A stretch of 63,573 nt of DNA, filler included, from Octopus bimaculoides (GCF_001194135.2; 8 parts of 7 records of this genome joined end to end with filler, not necessarily neighbours in it); one strand, 5' to 3'. Numbered from the whole stretch's first letter, positions 25,991-38,394 are shown. Notes: generated by a model not told the origin, from the sequence alone. Numbers and translations: made by a program.

Positions 25991-25995
25991 TTTTT
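25935..25995 (+). ncRNA. Degenerate hammerhead ribozyme candidate in PLE pLTR
   Basis: CTGAAGA(25943-49)-T-ATGTCT-loop-AGATAT-GAAAC(25973-77): core and 6-bp stem II are present; stems I and III are imperfect. Confidence 0.5.
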
Positions 25996-26099
25996 TTCTT
26001 TTTTTTTTTCTAAAACTGTTACTTTACACATACAGAAATAAATAACTGCTCTATATTTTATAGGCTGTGCTCTTTTTCTGATTTAGGATCCTATAACGA

Positions 26100-26131
<32 letters not shown>

Positions 26132-26179
26132 NNNNNNNNNNNNNNNNNNNNNNNNNNNNNNNNNNNNNNNNNNNNNNNN

Positions 26180-26247
<68 letters not shown>

Positions 26248-26279
26248 TATATATATATATGTATACATATGTATATGGG

Positions 26280-26425
26280 TGGATGCATGGCCTGGTGGTT
26301 GGGGTGTTGTACTCACGATCGCGATATCATGGTTTCAATTCCTAGACCGAGTGGTGCGTTGTGTTCTTGAGCAAAATGCTTCATTTCACGTTACACTGCG
26401 ATAACTTCGACACCTGACGTGTTCC
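26280..26425 (+). mobile_element. Second tRNA-derived SINE family, 5' part
   Basis: TGGCCTGGTGGTTGGGGTGTTG..CTCACGATC...GGTTTCAATTCC head then GTGTTCTTGAGCAAAA; related copies at ~57035-57260 (+) and ~53230-53345 (-). Confidence 0.7.
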
Positions 26426-26876
26426 CACCACACACACACACACATATGTCTGTCTATATATATATGTGTATATATATATTTAGAGAGAGAGAGAGAGAGT
26501 GAGAGAGAAATTAATAGATAGATAGACGGACAGACCGAATAACCAAAAGCAGTGCGCATGTACGAGAGATAAAGACACATGCCCCCCTCTTTGCCGAAGT
26601 CATATCAGCGTGAAAATCCAATAAATGAATGGAGTTTGATATCGTTGACAAGACTTGTATCCCTTATCAGATATGACGCTTTCTAAATTTGGCACCAGGC
26701 CCCAGCATCGGTAGATTGATAGGGAAAGAGGGAGATAACGAAGATAAGATTAGGTGACGTTCATACATTTCTAATAACCATTATCAAACTAAATGCAAAG
26801 ATATAGGTTAGTTTAGCGTTAATATATTTCATACACATGACATATAATGTGTATGTGTGTGTGTGTGTATATATAG

Positions 26877-27029
<153 letters not shown>

Positions 27030-27111
27030 CACACACACAGACATATGCTTTTATATACATGCTTTTATGTGTGCAGGTATGTATGTCATTATTCAGTTTT
27101 TATTTCAAGAT

Positions 27112-27288
27112 TTCTTGCCAATGGAGAAAGAATCGGTTTCTAACCTAGATCCAAGGCTCCTTCATTGGAATTTCAACTTCAACAACGGTATTTTTGTATG
27201 TATGCCCTCCAAGTCTTATGACGTCACCAGCTTCATGTATGCAGACTTTGTCAAGGGATGCACTTCGACACCTATGTACGTATCTACG
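27112..27288. other. Coding-like patch, strand ambiguous (candidate exon)
   Basis: Plus strand: ttattcagtttttatttcaag|...CTAC|gtaagt with open [23 protein letters not shown].... Minus strand: open [41 protein letters not shown] followed by AATAAA. Confidence 0.4.
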
Positions 27289-27415
27289 TAAGTATGCATG
27301 TATGTACGTGTATATATACATATGGGAGAATTTACGAAAAGAACAACAACAGACGAGGACAGGTGGTGTAAACAACAAAAAGATGCATTAGTTTAACGCT
27401 CGGGAATACAGAAAG

Positions 27416-27452
27416 TCTTTAACGTTTCGAGCTACGCTCTTCAACAGAAAGA
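27416..27452 (-). ncRNA. Minimal type I hammerhead ribozyme candidate (PLE pLTR fragment ~27330-27510)
   Basis: Minus strand reads TCTTT-CTGTTGA-A-GAGC-GTA-GCTC-GAAAC-GTT-AAAGA: 5-bp stem I, 4-bp stem II and palindromic AACGTT in place of stem III; A6 is replaced by U. Confidence 0.6.
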
Positions 27453-27634
27453 ATACGGAGAAAACAAGGAGAAAAACACGGAGAAAAAAAATGGAATGGT
27501 TTGGTCAGCGATCTATATATATATATATATATATNNNNNNNNNNNNNNNNNNNNNNNNNNNNNNNNNNNNNNNNNNNNTTAATTAATTAANNNNNNNNNN
27601 NNNNNNNNNNNNNNNNNNNNNNNNNNNNNNNNNN

Positions 27635-28663
27635 GAGGTAAAAAAAAAAACTGTGAAAAGAACTGTGAAATATTAAGTATGCCGACGGCAGAAAAACTTG
27701 TCGAACCGGCAAAAAAGTTTAATTTTGCAGCTGCGGCTGGAGTGAAAAAAAAAAGAAAAACTAAGTATTGACAAAAATGTAATAATCCAGCACCAAAACA
27801 TGTTTGCAAAGGAGTGATACGATGTAAAAGCCACCCTCCCGAGTGAAATTATAGAAGGAACTGCGAAAAAAAAAATAGTCGCATTTAAAACTCTTGTTGT
27901 AAAGGAAAAGAAACTAGACAAAACACTAAAAGAAGCTATAGAAAAATGCCTACAGCCAATCTGGCAGGACATAGAATACCTGACCAGAGGCAAACGCTTT
28001 GCCACGGTAGTAGTGTATTTCAAAAGTGAAGAGAAAGCAAAAACACAGGAAACCGTCCAGTACGCTATTGTTCAGTGTTCGGAGGTGTAAGATGTGTGGG
28101 TTTATGCCAAACAACTGTTGTCAAGTACAGGAAGAGTACAGCTATCGACTGAGTCAATAGTAAAAATTGAGCCACCGGATTTCCTATGGAAAGAAGGTAA
28201 GAATTGCTTTCTCATCGTAGTAGCAATTGCGAGAGAGGTGATTTGGAGGACTCGAGTGAAAGGGTTAATAACAGGCATTTTTATCTCTGGCCCTGACTTG
28301 GTGAATTTCTTCACCTTCCACCTAAGAAGGAAGATAGGGTTAGAGAAAAAATGCCTGTCCGCGAAAATGTTCCCAGATCGATGGAAGAATGTCGCACGAA
28401 TGTTGCGTATGGATGGAACGGCATGAATACAACGCAGGACGAACCCAGAGCATCAGTGGTGAGACGGGGCTCGAGGGGTCCGAGCATATCCCGCCTCCCC
28501 ACTCCATTCTGTATTGCTGTCTTGTAAATGTGATCATTCGAACTATTCTTTTTTATATAAAATTTTAAAATTCATCCTTTTGTTAACTCATACGATAAAT
28601 CTGACCCAATATCAGATTGTACTGTCCCTTCTTTGTTGTCCCCTTGTGGGAAATAAAAAAAAA
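27635..28663 (+). mobile_element. Tx1/L1-clade LINE, internally deleted (ORF1 start fused to ORF2 C-terminus, 3' UTR, polyA)
   Basis: ORF1-like MPTAEKLVEP...IEYLTRGKRFATVVVYFKSEEKAK joins ETVQYAIVQC (zf-RVT remnant). The downstream peptide is homologous to the 59692-60108 ORF; AATAAA plus A-run at 28652-28663. Confidence 0.8.
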
Positions 28664-28667
28664 TTGC

Positions 28668-29080
28668 GAAATGCTTAGCGATATTTTGTCTGCCGCTACG
28701 TTATGAGTCCAAATTCCGCCGAAGTCGACTTTGCTTTTCATCCTTTCGAGGTCGATAAATTAAGTACCAGTTGCGTATTTGGGTCAATATAATCGATTGA
28801 ACCCCTCCCCCCAAATTTCAGGCCTGGTGCCTATAGTAGAAAGGATTATTCAGTATTTTACTAGTGCGGCAGCCTCGTTGAATCGTTCCTGTGCCGGACA
28901 AAAAAGCTTAATGGTATTTCTTTCGACTCTTTACATCCTGAGTTCAAATACCAACGTGATTGTCTTTACTTTTCATCTTTTCGTGGTCGAAAAGATAAGT
29001 ACTCGCTAAGCACCTGGGTGGATGTTATCGACTCCCACCCCCAATTTCAGGCTCTGTGTCTATGGTAGAAAGGATTATTT
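28668..29080 (+). mobile_element. Two tandem copies of a third SINE family
   Basis: Repeated GACTTTGCTTTTCATCCTTTCGAGGTCGATAAATTAAGTACC...AATTTCAGGC..GTAGAAAGGATTATT; related copies at ~55615-55805 and ~61470-61565. Confidence 0.75.
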
Positions 29081-30409
29081 ATAGCTTTATCTACTTCGAG
29101 TTCTACCGTTGGTTATAAACGGGGTATTACTTTTCGTCACTTGAAGTTTTAAAATTCTTATGACGTAAATAATTTAAATCAATTTAACTCACTCAGCCAA
29201 CCATCCGATACCCCAAATTTTAATTTTTATTAGCATTAAAGGGAGATTAGGACAATGTATAATGGTTTTGTCCAAGGGAATTACATAAACTAAGAGGACT
29301 TAATACTTGACAGTTGAGGGTAATGGTTATTGAATGTCTAACTGTTATTTGGAAGATCTTTGTGTACGACATGGAGGCCTCGTTCTGCACGCATGAGCAC
29401 TATAGTAATAAAGGAGAATCTGTTTGATCGCTCGATCTGCTAAAAATTAATCACCATATCGCTTTCAGGTCGAACTACGGTGTCTAAAAGAGAACACATT
29501 ATACAGTGTAGTTCACGAGATGTGCAAAAGAATAAAGTGATTATGACTGGAATAACTTCGATAAAATTACTTAAAATTAAACAACTAGCATGTATCTTGT
29601 ACTTTAAAGACTATTACTAGTTGTCCAGGATTAAAGTCATTATTGTTTGGCTCCAAGTCGGCCCAAGAATTTCAATTATGTCCATCGAGTAGGTCTTTGA
29701 AGAATTGTGAATACCCAGTTACAGTTGAGAGTGTTTGAGTTGAGGGAGATTTTTTTCTATTAGGTCAAATGTCCACATAGAAGCTCCTTCATTGATTCAG
29801 ACACACCCTAGTCTCACTGTGTGTAAAGTGGGGGATATTTTCGTGTTGAAATAAATACCCAAATGATAGTACAGACAAAAATAAGAACGCTTTTGTTGAA
29901 GCTACTACTAAGTGAGTGAGATTAAATTAATCAGAAATACGGATGGAACCAAGAAATAGTAACGTTACTAAAAGATCTTCATACCAGACGTGGTCGAAAG
30001 TTTTACTGGATGTCAATAACAGCAGCTTAGCTTTCAACATTTTTTTTTTAAAAAACAAGAAACAATTATTTCTACATGACACGAAAATAAAGGTCATTTT
30101 TTTATCGTACAGAAATTATACTGGTGCTCTTTGAGAATCACTGATAAAGAATAAGTAACAAAAGGATCGAAACAAATCATTTCTGATGCACATTTCCAAC
30201 AACATTGCAAACTAAAGCGGTTTGTTTGCTTATGAAATAAGGTAAAAAAGGAAGTACACACTTAGGAAACTTTGTAACATATCTTCACCGTATGATATCC
30301 AGAACACGTTCCTATACGATCCTCTTGTTGATCGTTTATGACGGAAGCAAATATGTAAAGAAGTGTGGCAAAGATGTAATTCACTTTACAATTTTTACAA
30401 CGTATATAC

Positions 30410-30469
<60 letters not shown>

Positions 30470-31839
30470 NNNNNNNNNNNNNNNNNNNNNNNNNNNNNNN
30501 NNNNNNNNNNNNNNNNNNNNNNNNNNNNNNNNNNNNNNNNNNNNNNNNNNNNNNNNNNNNNNNNNNNNNNNNNNNNNNNNNNNNNNNNNNNNNNNNNNNN
30601 NNNNNNNNNNNNNNNNNNNNNNNNNNNNNNNNNNNNNNNNNNNNNNNNNNNNNNNNNNNNNNNNNNNNNNNNNNNNNNNNNNNNNNNNNNNNNNNNNNNN
30701 NNNNNNNNNNNNATATATATGTATATATATATATATATTTAATGTAATGCTCGCATTACTTAAATAAATGGAGTAGCATGAAACGTGCGTACTGCAATCA
30801 TCTTTAAAATCCGTGTTGCTTATTATGATTTTTTGCTCACCTCGCTTTTGGAATGGTTTTGTATAATACCATTGTATAATACCATACTATATTCTGGTGC
30901 CTAAACATAAGTACCATATTCAATTTTGAATCTAAATCTAAACCTTAGATATATATATATATATATATATACACGATCACTACACACTAAAACAAGGCTA
31001 GGGATTAAGAAAATCGTTAGAGTTTCAGGCAAAAGGACTGGTAGTCCTCATTTACGGCTAATAGTTGCGATATTTAGTTGCGTTCTGAGATCAAATCTCG
31101 TTGATATCCCGCTTTCAAGAGTAAAATACTCAACTTCCCCACTTAAATGAATAAATAAATAACAACTAAACAAACATTTTTGTCTCTAATCATGCGTTGC
31201 TAGATACATCTAATCACCGAACGGTCCAAATAATTGACTACGTAAACGCACTCGCGCATAGATGAGTAGCATTAAACTAACAAGAACAACAACAAAAACA
31301 TGCAGCTCATTATATAAAATATACAATTTCCCTATAATTCACTACACTAGACAAACATCTAACATTATTATACAAAGTTAATTATAGATACATTAGGCTG
31401 CGAAAATAATTGTTATTCAGGGAAAATGAGGGAAGTGAAACGAGAATGATAAATATATCGAGATAATATATACATATATATATATATATATGCACGCACG
31501 CACATTTACAACATATATATGCACATACACTCACACACAAATTCATAGATATATATATATATATATACACACACATACAGGCTGCGATGAGCAAATTATA
31601 CCCATTTTATATTTTTAATTTAACGCATGTGCACTGTTTGTTTTTGATTTTGTTGACTACACAGTATAGTAGGGGCAGTAGGGTACCGTCTGTGAGAAAA
31701 AAAACAGTACCATGACGCAATTCACTCTGCCAGTAATTTGGAAACGACATGCAGTGCTACTTGGCATTCGCACCGGAGGCTTCAGTACTAACATTTTAAA
31801 GAGTTTGAGTGTCAGTCTGAGGACAGTGCCATCTAGGGA

Positions 31840-32440
31840 CATATACCGAAAGTGTTGAAAATCAAACTTCCAATCCGCATCATGATATTTGGAGTGATCA
31901 CTTGTGATGACGACATCCTGCCTTCATTCATTTTCCCACACGTCCTACAGTCCTACATCATGTACCTACATCAAGTGCCTGGAGGAGTTAGTGCTGCCCT
32001 GGGTCAAATGGGTGGTTGCTGAAAGATCTTATGTCTGACAACAGGACACTGCACCATCCCACACAAGCAAGAGAACTCAGTCATGGCTGTCAGACAATTT
32101 CTGCGACCACATCACTCCTAACATCTGGTCACCTAACTCGCCAGACTATAGCCCCCTTGATTATTAGATGTGAGGCGCAGTTGGACGAGAGATGAAGAAA
32201 GTTCTTTGTCATATCAAAGAGGAAATGAAGGCAAGGGTTATAGGACCATTCACCAACTTAAACAAAGAGACCGACCAGAATAGTTGCAGAAGATTCTGAA
32301 GTCATCTGGAGGCCGTGGTTGAAGCCAATGGCGATTTTATTAGTATTTCAAGATATTAGTATTTCAAAATATTTTTATATAATTTTGATAAATATATCTT
32401 AAAATGAGACGTAATTTAGACGACAGTTTCTTCACCATAT
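31840..32440 (+). mobile_element. Decayed Tc1/mariner transposase remnant
   Basis: KIKLPIRIMIFGVITCDDDILPSFIFP and WSPNSPDYSPLDY* resemble the DDD/E catalytic-domain motifs; multiple stops. Confidence 0.7.
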
Positions 32441-34410
32441 TATATATATATATATATATATATGATTCTTCCTTCTGACTGAATTGACAAGAAATATGAC
32501 TGAAAATAGAGGAGTGACTGGAGTGCGAAATGTCTTTACTGTAATTAAAGTATATGATAAGTGCTGTTATACAGAAAGTAAGTGTATAAAACGAATTCTC
32601 AAGACTGTTAAAGCTAATTCATTTTGGTTCTGTCTTTCAGGATATTGGTGGAAAAATTATAAAGTAGCAGTCAAGTAGTGGGTTGATGTGATCGACTGGT
32701 GATCTGTACCAAAATAAACCGGAGCCACAAAAGTAGGTGAGGTTAAATCCGCTCCGACACACTGACCGTGAGGGTCTAGTGACAGGTGAAGTGTCACACC
32801 GGTTGGAGTACACTTCCATCGGTATCATCTTTCCTAAGAAATCTCTGTATCAAATCAAGTCCTTCTATACACACGCAGTTTCATTCTCTAAAACGGACAA
32901 TGGAAACGAGACAAAAAGCGAAGAGATAGTCTCACGTGTTGCAAAAGCACTTGAAGTTATAAATCAATTTCTTCACTCTACGTCAAATTTTAATGAATGG
33001 ACATATTTCATATTTTGAACTAAAATTTATCGATCTGTCGAAATGGTATAGCACACACACACACACACACGCACACGTGTGTGCGTCTCCGTAACAACAC
33101 CCAACGATATACTACACATAAAGCTCTATAAAAACTGAACGAACTGGACTCGGAAATTCTACTTCGCCTACCATACTCTCAAAATCTGTTTACAACTTCT
33201 CAAACTTCTCAATAACCCTGTCAAACATCTCCATAACTTCTCAGAAAAGGTCTTCATTAACGAAGCAACAACTCAAAACTTCTTTGATGAATTAATCGCT
33301 TTCAGGAATTTAGAATTCCAGTCTACTGGAATAGACAGATTTCTTGTCATAATTGTGTAGAATCTAATGATTATTATTGGTTCTAAGGGTATTGGCAGAA
33401 TCGTTTGAGCGTCAGAAAAAATGCCTTGCGGTACTCCTTCCGAGATGAAAGACAAAGTTTACCTTGGAGGAACTTGAATTATTCCAGAGACACCTTCACC
33501 TTTCATCCCTCTATGACCGTTGAAATAAGCACTTCGGCCGATGGTATCTTCTACTCACTTCTTTTGATATTATTTGCCTTGTGCTTAAATTAGAAACAAT
33601 TATTTATTCTTAACAGAGGCACATAGCTCTGAGGTGATGGTTAAAAGCTGCAATTATGTTTCGACCAACCTGATACATTTAACATTTCCTGTCACTTGTT
33701 TATATTTCTATAAAATTACTGTACTGAAATAGTTCTTATACAATTTGTCATTGGTCGATTGTCGAAGTTTGCTCTCATTAACTAGAATTTTAATGTATAC
33801 TATATAGTTTATGTCTACAGCAGTAATTATTGTTGGCTGTTTCTCTGACAAAACCTTTATTGAATCACTTCTTATGAACATAAATACACACCAACCAGAT
33901 CTAATTGAATCAATTTAATGTCTATTTAATGCTCACTAGTAAATAATGAGTCTCTGTAATTAAGATTACATGACCTTTTAAAAATAAATAAGACCATATT
34001 TTATATAATTGATTGTTATAATCGAAGTATATAAATTATAGTCCATAGTTTTTTTATTCATAAAATACTATTTATTATTCTCAATTTATATCAATAAGCA
34101 GGTCAGAAAGTGTAAGATCACAAGACGGGCAAAAATTGTAACAGAAATGTAGATACTTATAACTTCTTATTAAACATTAATCTGAAGATTACATTTAACA
34201 CACATTGCTCAATCAGTGACATGTGAATGTTTCTAATGGCAAATTGATATCGTAAACCATTAGAGATAATTACGACACCCATTTCGTATTCTCGTTAATA
34301 GAAAATTCTCTCTAAATAAGAGTTAATAGCCACTGTATATTTGACATTTGCACACGTAAGATTATAAAATGGTATGGAGTTGTCAATGAAATTGTAATCT
34401 TATTGATATA

Positions 34411-34706
34411 AGCGCAGGCGTAGCTGTGTGGTAAGAAGCTTGCTTCCCAACCACATGGATCCAGGTTCTGTCCCACAGCGTCGCACCTTGGACATATGTC
34501 TTCTACTGTAACCTCGGGCCAACCAAAGACTTGTGAGTGAATTCGGTAGACGGAAACTGAAAGAAGCCTGTCGTGTATATATATATATATATATGTGGCG
34601 TTATTATTTTCTGTAATAATGCNNNNNNNNNNNNNNNNNNNNNNNNNNNNNNNNNNNNNNNNNNNNNNNNNNNNNNNNNNNNNNNNNNNNNNNNNNNNNN
34701 NNNNNN

Positions 34707-34744
<38 letters not shown>

Positions 34745-35135
34745 AAGATGTATTATTACCGTTATTAATGGTATTAAGAAGGTAATAATAGATGGCACGA
34801 TATAAGGCAAATTTAGATTCAGTATGGTATACTTACTGATGTATTCAACGCAAAGGTAAGCCGATTTCTAATCTGAATCTATCTATCTATCTATCTATCT
34901 ATCTATGTCTTTCTCTATATATATGTATATGTGTGTGTGTGTGTGTATTTCCCCTCACCATCGCTTGACAACCGATGTTGGCGTCTTTACGTCCTTGTAA
35001 CCTACTGGTTCGGCAAAAGAGACCGATAGAATAAGTACTAGGCTTACAAAGAATAAGTCCTGGAGGTCGATTTTTTCGACTAAAGGCTACTCGAGCATGG
35101 CCGCAGTCAAATAACTGAAACAAGTAAAAAGCATA
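34411..35135 (+). mobile_element. tRNA-derived SINE (main family): 5' half 34411-34575 and 3' half 34940-35135
   Basis: Head and tail both match other copies; they are separated by microsatellites, a gap and unrelated sequence. Confidence 0.75.
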
Positions 35136-36474
35136 TGAAAAGCATGGTTGAGGGGTTAACAATTTTTTTTTTTTTTTTTGCAATCATGAGGACTATGTTC
35201 GGGTTCGGTTCCCATATACCACTAGCTTGGTAAATGCATTTTGCTATACACTCCAGTCAACCAAAGCCGTTTGAGTGGAACTGAGTGGAAAATGAAATTG
35301 TAGATGAATTTTGCCTGTCATTCATTGATCCAGCCTCGTCACAGGTTATATCACTCTGAGTTAAACCAAGAATTATGGTAAAGATAAAGGTGACTGTGTG
35401 ATACTCAATTACTTGTTAATTTAAGGCATAGACAATTCACCAAGCATCGAATAGCTTATACAATATTATAAAGAGAAAAATGTGTTAAGAATTGAAAGCG
35501 TAATTCAATATGGACTGAATATAATATAATAATGAAAATTCAGAGATATGCTGTACAACTGGTGTTGGGATATGCTACACTACAAACATAGATAGACTGC
35601 AATAGTTAACCTATTTGAGATTGAATTTAAAACTATGGCCGCCCTTAGCAGTTGCGGATAACTTGGCATCAGTATGTACTATGGAATCGCTAATTGCTTT
35701 AATTAACCAAACACCATCACAGCCTACCATTTTTGATTCTCGCAATCCAACAGTGAGGATGAGAGAGCTGTATCCACACTGCTAGAATTTTATAAAGAGC
35801 GATGTCTTCAAATATGTTCTTAAATTGCTGGTGAATTGTCGTGAATTTGATGAAGGAAGTTTCGTGATGAAGCTGGACATAAGTACACGAAAAAACAACA
35901 TTCAGTTGTTGGATATCTGGAGGAATCGTTTCAAAATCAAAATTTTAAAGGTTAAGAAACTATAAATAAAAAAGCAAGCAATTTGAAACAGTGGTTCCAA
36001 TTAAATTTAATTTTAATCAATATGGTGTTTCTAATTTCGACTAAATTTAGTTATCCATTACTATGGAAACTAATAATTCATCGAGTCATTAACGTCTAAA
36101 TTTTAGTGGATCAGAAAAGAAAAGTTTAAGACCAATAAATTCTTTAGGAATTTATATATACATATATTACGTCGGAATTAATGAGGTGTAGAGTTGTTGA
36201 TTCGAACAAAGAAATCACTGGTTCACTACACATTTGGCAGAAAGACAACAAATCGTATATTCAAATCCATGGAGAACAAATAACTTACAGAGCAAACTTC
36301 TTTGGAAGCACCAGTTTTTCAGTTCTGTTGCCGATATCAGCGATAAGCACACACACACACACACACATGTCAACGCATGAAATTCTCAGACCTTCAGTCA
36401 TTCTGTTGATTCACGTAAATATTAATAAAAATATACATGTACACATATTTTGATTCCTGTTTGCACCAACATAC

Positions 36475-36489
<15 letters not shown>

Positions 36490-36513
<24 letters not shown>

Positions 36514-36665
36514 GGGCTTCCTTCAGCTCCCGTCCACCAAATCTACACGCAAAGCTTTGGTCGGCCTGAGGCTATGGTAGAAGATACTTGTCGAAGGTGC
36601 CACGCAGTGGAACTGAACCCGGAGCCATGTGCTTGGAAAGCAATCTTATTGCCACAATTGCACCT
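36490..36665 (-). mobile_element. tRNA-derived SINE (main family), 5' half
   Basis: Reverse complement of the SINE head (GGCGGGCTTCCTTCAG...CCACGCAGTGGAACTGAACCC). Confidence 0.8.
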
Positions 36666-37059
36666 ATGTATATATATATGTGTGTGTGTGTGTGTATAAA
36701 TAAATATATGTTAAGACTAGAGATTTGGAATTATTCACTATTTCATTATCTGCAAATAGTAGTTACAAATTTGGACATGCAGTAGAAAATATTTTAAGAT
36801 TTATCCTATCTTCAGAGCATCAACTAATACAAAATTTACACTTGGCTGACGCATTTATTTATATTTTTAGTAATCATGTGTCCTTTAGATAGTTAGAAGA
36901 GAGGAAACATGTAATATTGAAAAAAATGAGGGAGGACGTGTGATAGAATGAAGTAATAATTTCACACATTTACACGGTCACGCATATTCCTAACCCTAAC
37001 CCTAACCCTACACACTCACACACACGTATACATACATACACACAGATGATTTTCAACAG

Positions 37060-37215
37060 GACACAGCTTGGTCATTAACCCTATCTACACTTTGGCAAAA
37101 AAAAACGATAGAATAATACTAGGCTTACACAGAATAAGTCCTGGGGTCGATTTGTTCCGCTAAGGGCAGCACTCCAGCATGGCTACAGTCAAATGACTGA
37201 AACAAATAAAAGAAT
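37060..37215 (+). mobile_element. SINE 3' tail fragment about 30 nt from the donor of the 823-nt exon
   Basis: GATAGAATAATACTAGGCTTAC...CCAGCATGGCTACAGTCAAATGACTGAAACAA; this explains the spurious C-terminus of the 309-aa ORF. Confidence 0.85.
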
Positions 37216-37246
37216 TTAAAAAATACACGATAAAAATACGTCTTAC

Positions 37247-38069
37247 CTTGATCTCCTTTGGCTTTTTGAGCAGCCAAACCCAGATCTTGGCACAAAGGTA
37301 GGGTGATCCTTCGACATTTGTTAGGACTAGTGTCTGGTGCAAGTAGATCATTCCCTCTGACCATTGGTACATCGTAGGTACTAGAGCGAAATACTGGCGT
37401 TACATCGAGCGTTCGAACACGTGTAGGAGTCAAACTCACTGAACGGAATCTATTTTTCTTTTCATCAGCAGACGATTTTTTAATGGTGTAATCATTTGCT
37501 TCCAGTGTTTTAGTTTTGTCATTCCCCTGTATATCAACCTTACTCTCTGAGGTTAAGCTGTTAGATGAACTACTGTAGCAGACTGCATCCTGCCGTTGTA
37601 TCTTATTGTGGCTGTCACTTCTTTTCTCGGTAAGTTTCTCGTTCTTTTTCTCATCGCACACTATGTCTCCTTTACGAATTGGCTTACGTTTAACATTATT
37701 CTCTTGTTGTTTTCTACTGCTAACGGACGAAGCTGAAAGAGTGCGGGATCGTGCCGAGCGTCGATATGGCTCTTCGGGAGGGTTTACAATAATTTCAGGA
37801 ATTTCTCGATCAAATTCAGATCGATTGCGAAGTACAGACCGACGGCGAAATTTGCGATCGAGTCTTTTTTTCCTTCGCATTTTCCTTTCCGTTTCGAATT
37901 GTTCTGTGTCCCCTGACGCTTCTTCGTCTCTATATTCACAGGTGTATCCAGTTGGCAAACTCCGAGCACGATAGGATCTACGATTAACCGGGTTCTGGGC
38001 AATGGTCGGGTGACCTTCTGTTTCAACAGCTGAACGGAAAACATCAGACGACACATCCGTCAGAGTATC
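37247..38069 (-). CDS. Large internal coding exon of an unidentified gene (274 aa, S/R/K/E-rich, predicted disordered)
   Basis: Stop-free over 823 nt in AT-rich surroundings. Acceptor tttttcttacctttgtttttaag|GAT and donor CAAG|gtaag; phase 0 to 1. No family recognised. Confidence 0.85.
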
Positions 38070-38394
38070 CTTAAAAACAAAGGTAAGAAAAACTCATCAT
38101 CATCATCATCATCATCATCAATAACAACCAAACAATAACAAAATTTATTAACTAGTCACATGTATACATTGCCAATGTGCTGCTAGTCGCTCTTCAAAAT
38201 GTTTACAATTTAATACAACCGTTGGTTATTTTTTTTACCCGTAGCTCATCCCCGACCTATGGGTATATTTACAGTAGGTATTCTTAGTCCATACTCAGTA
38301 ACAAACGGAAAGAGGTTTGACATTTCTTCTAAAATAATGACTTATTCAACGGCTAAATATCGTTGCTCCGCATCAAATGTGACATTAATATCAC

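Noticed and set aside
32737-33018. 93-aa plus-strand ORF and alternative minus-strand exon readings (e.g. EGLDLIQRFLRKDDTDGSVLQP)
   Set aside because: No combination of strong splice sites and compatible phase was found; no recognisable family.
33150-33480. GVPQG-containing minus-strand ORF
   Set aside because: Probably a very decayed LINE RT motif; too little other motif support to annotate.
37125-37246. C-terminal part of the 309-aa ORF (KTYFYRVFF...PRTYSV)
   Set aside because: Lies beyond a canonical donor and reads through intron and antisense SINE tail.
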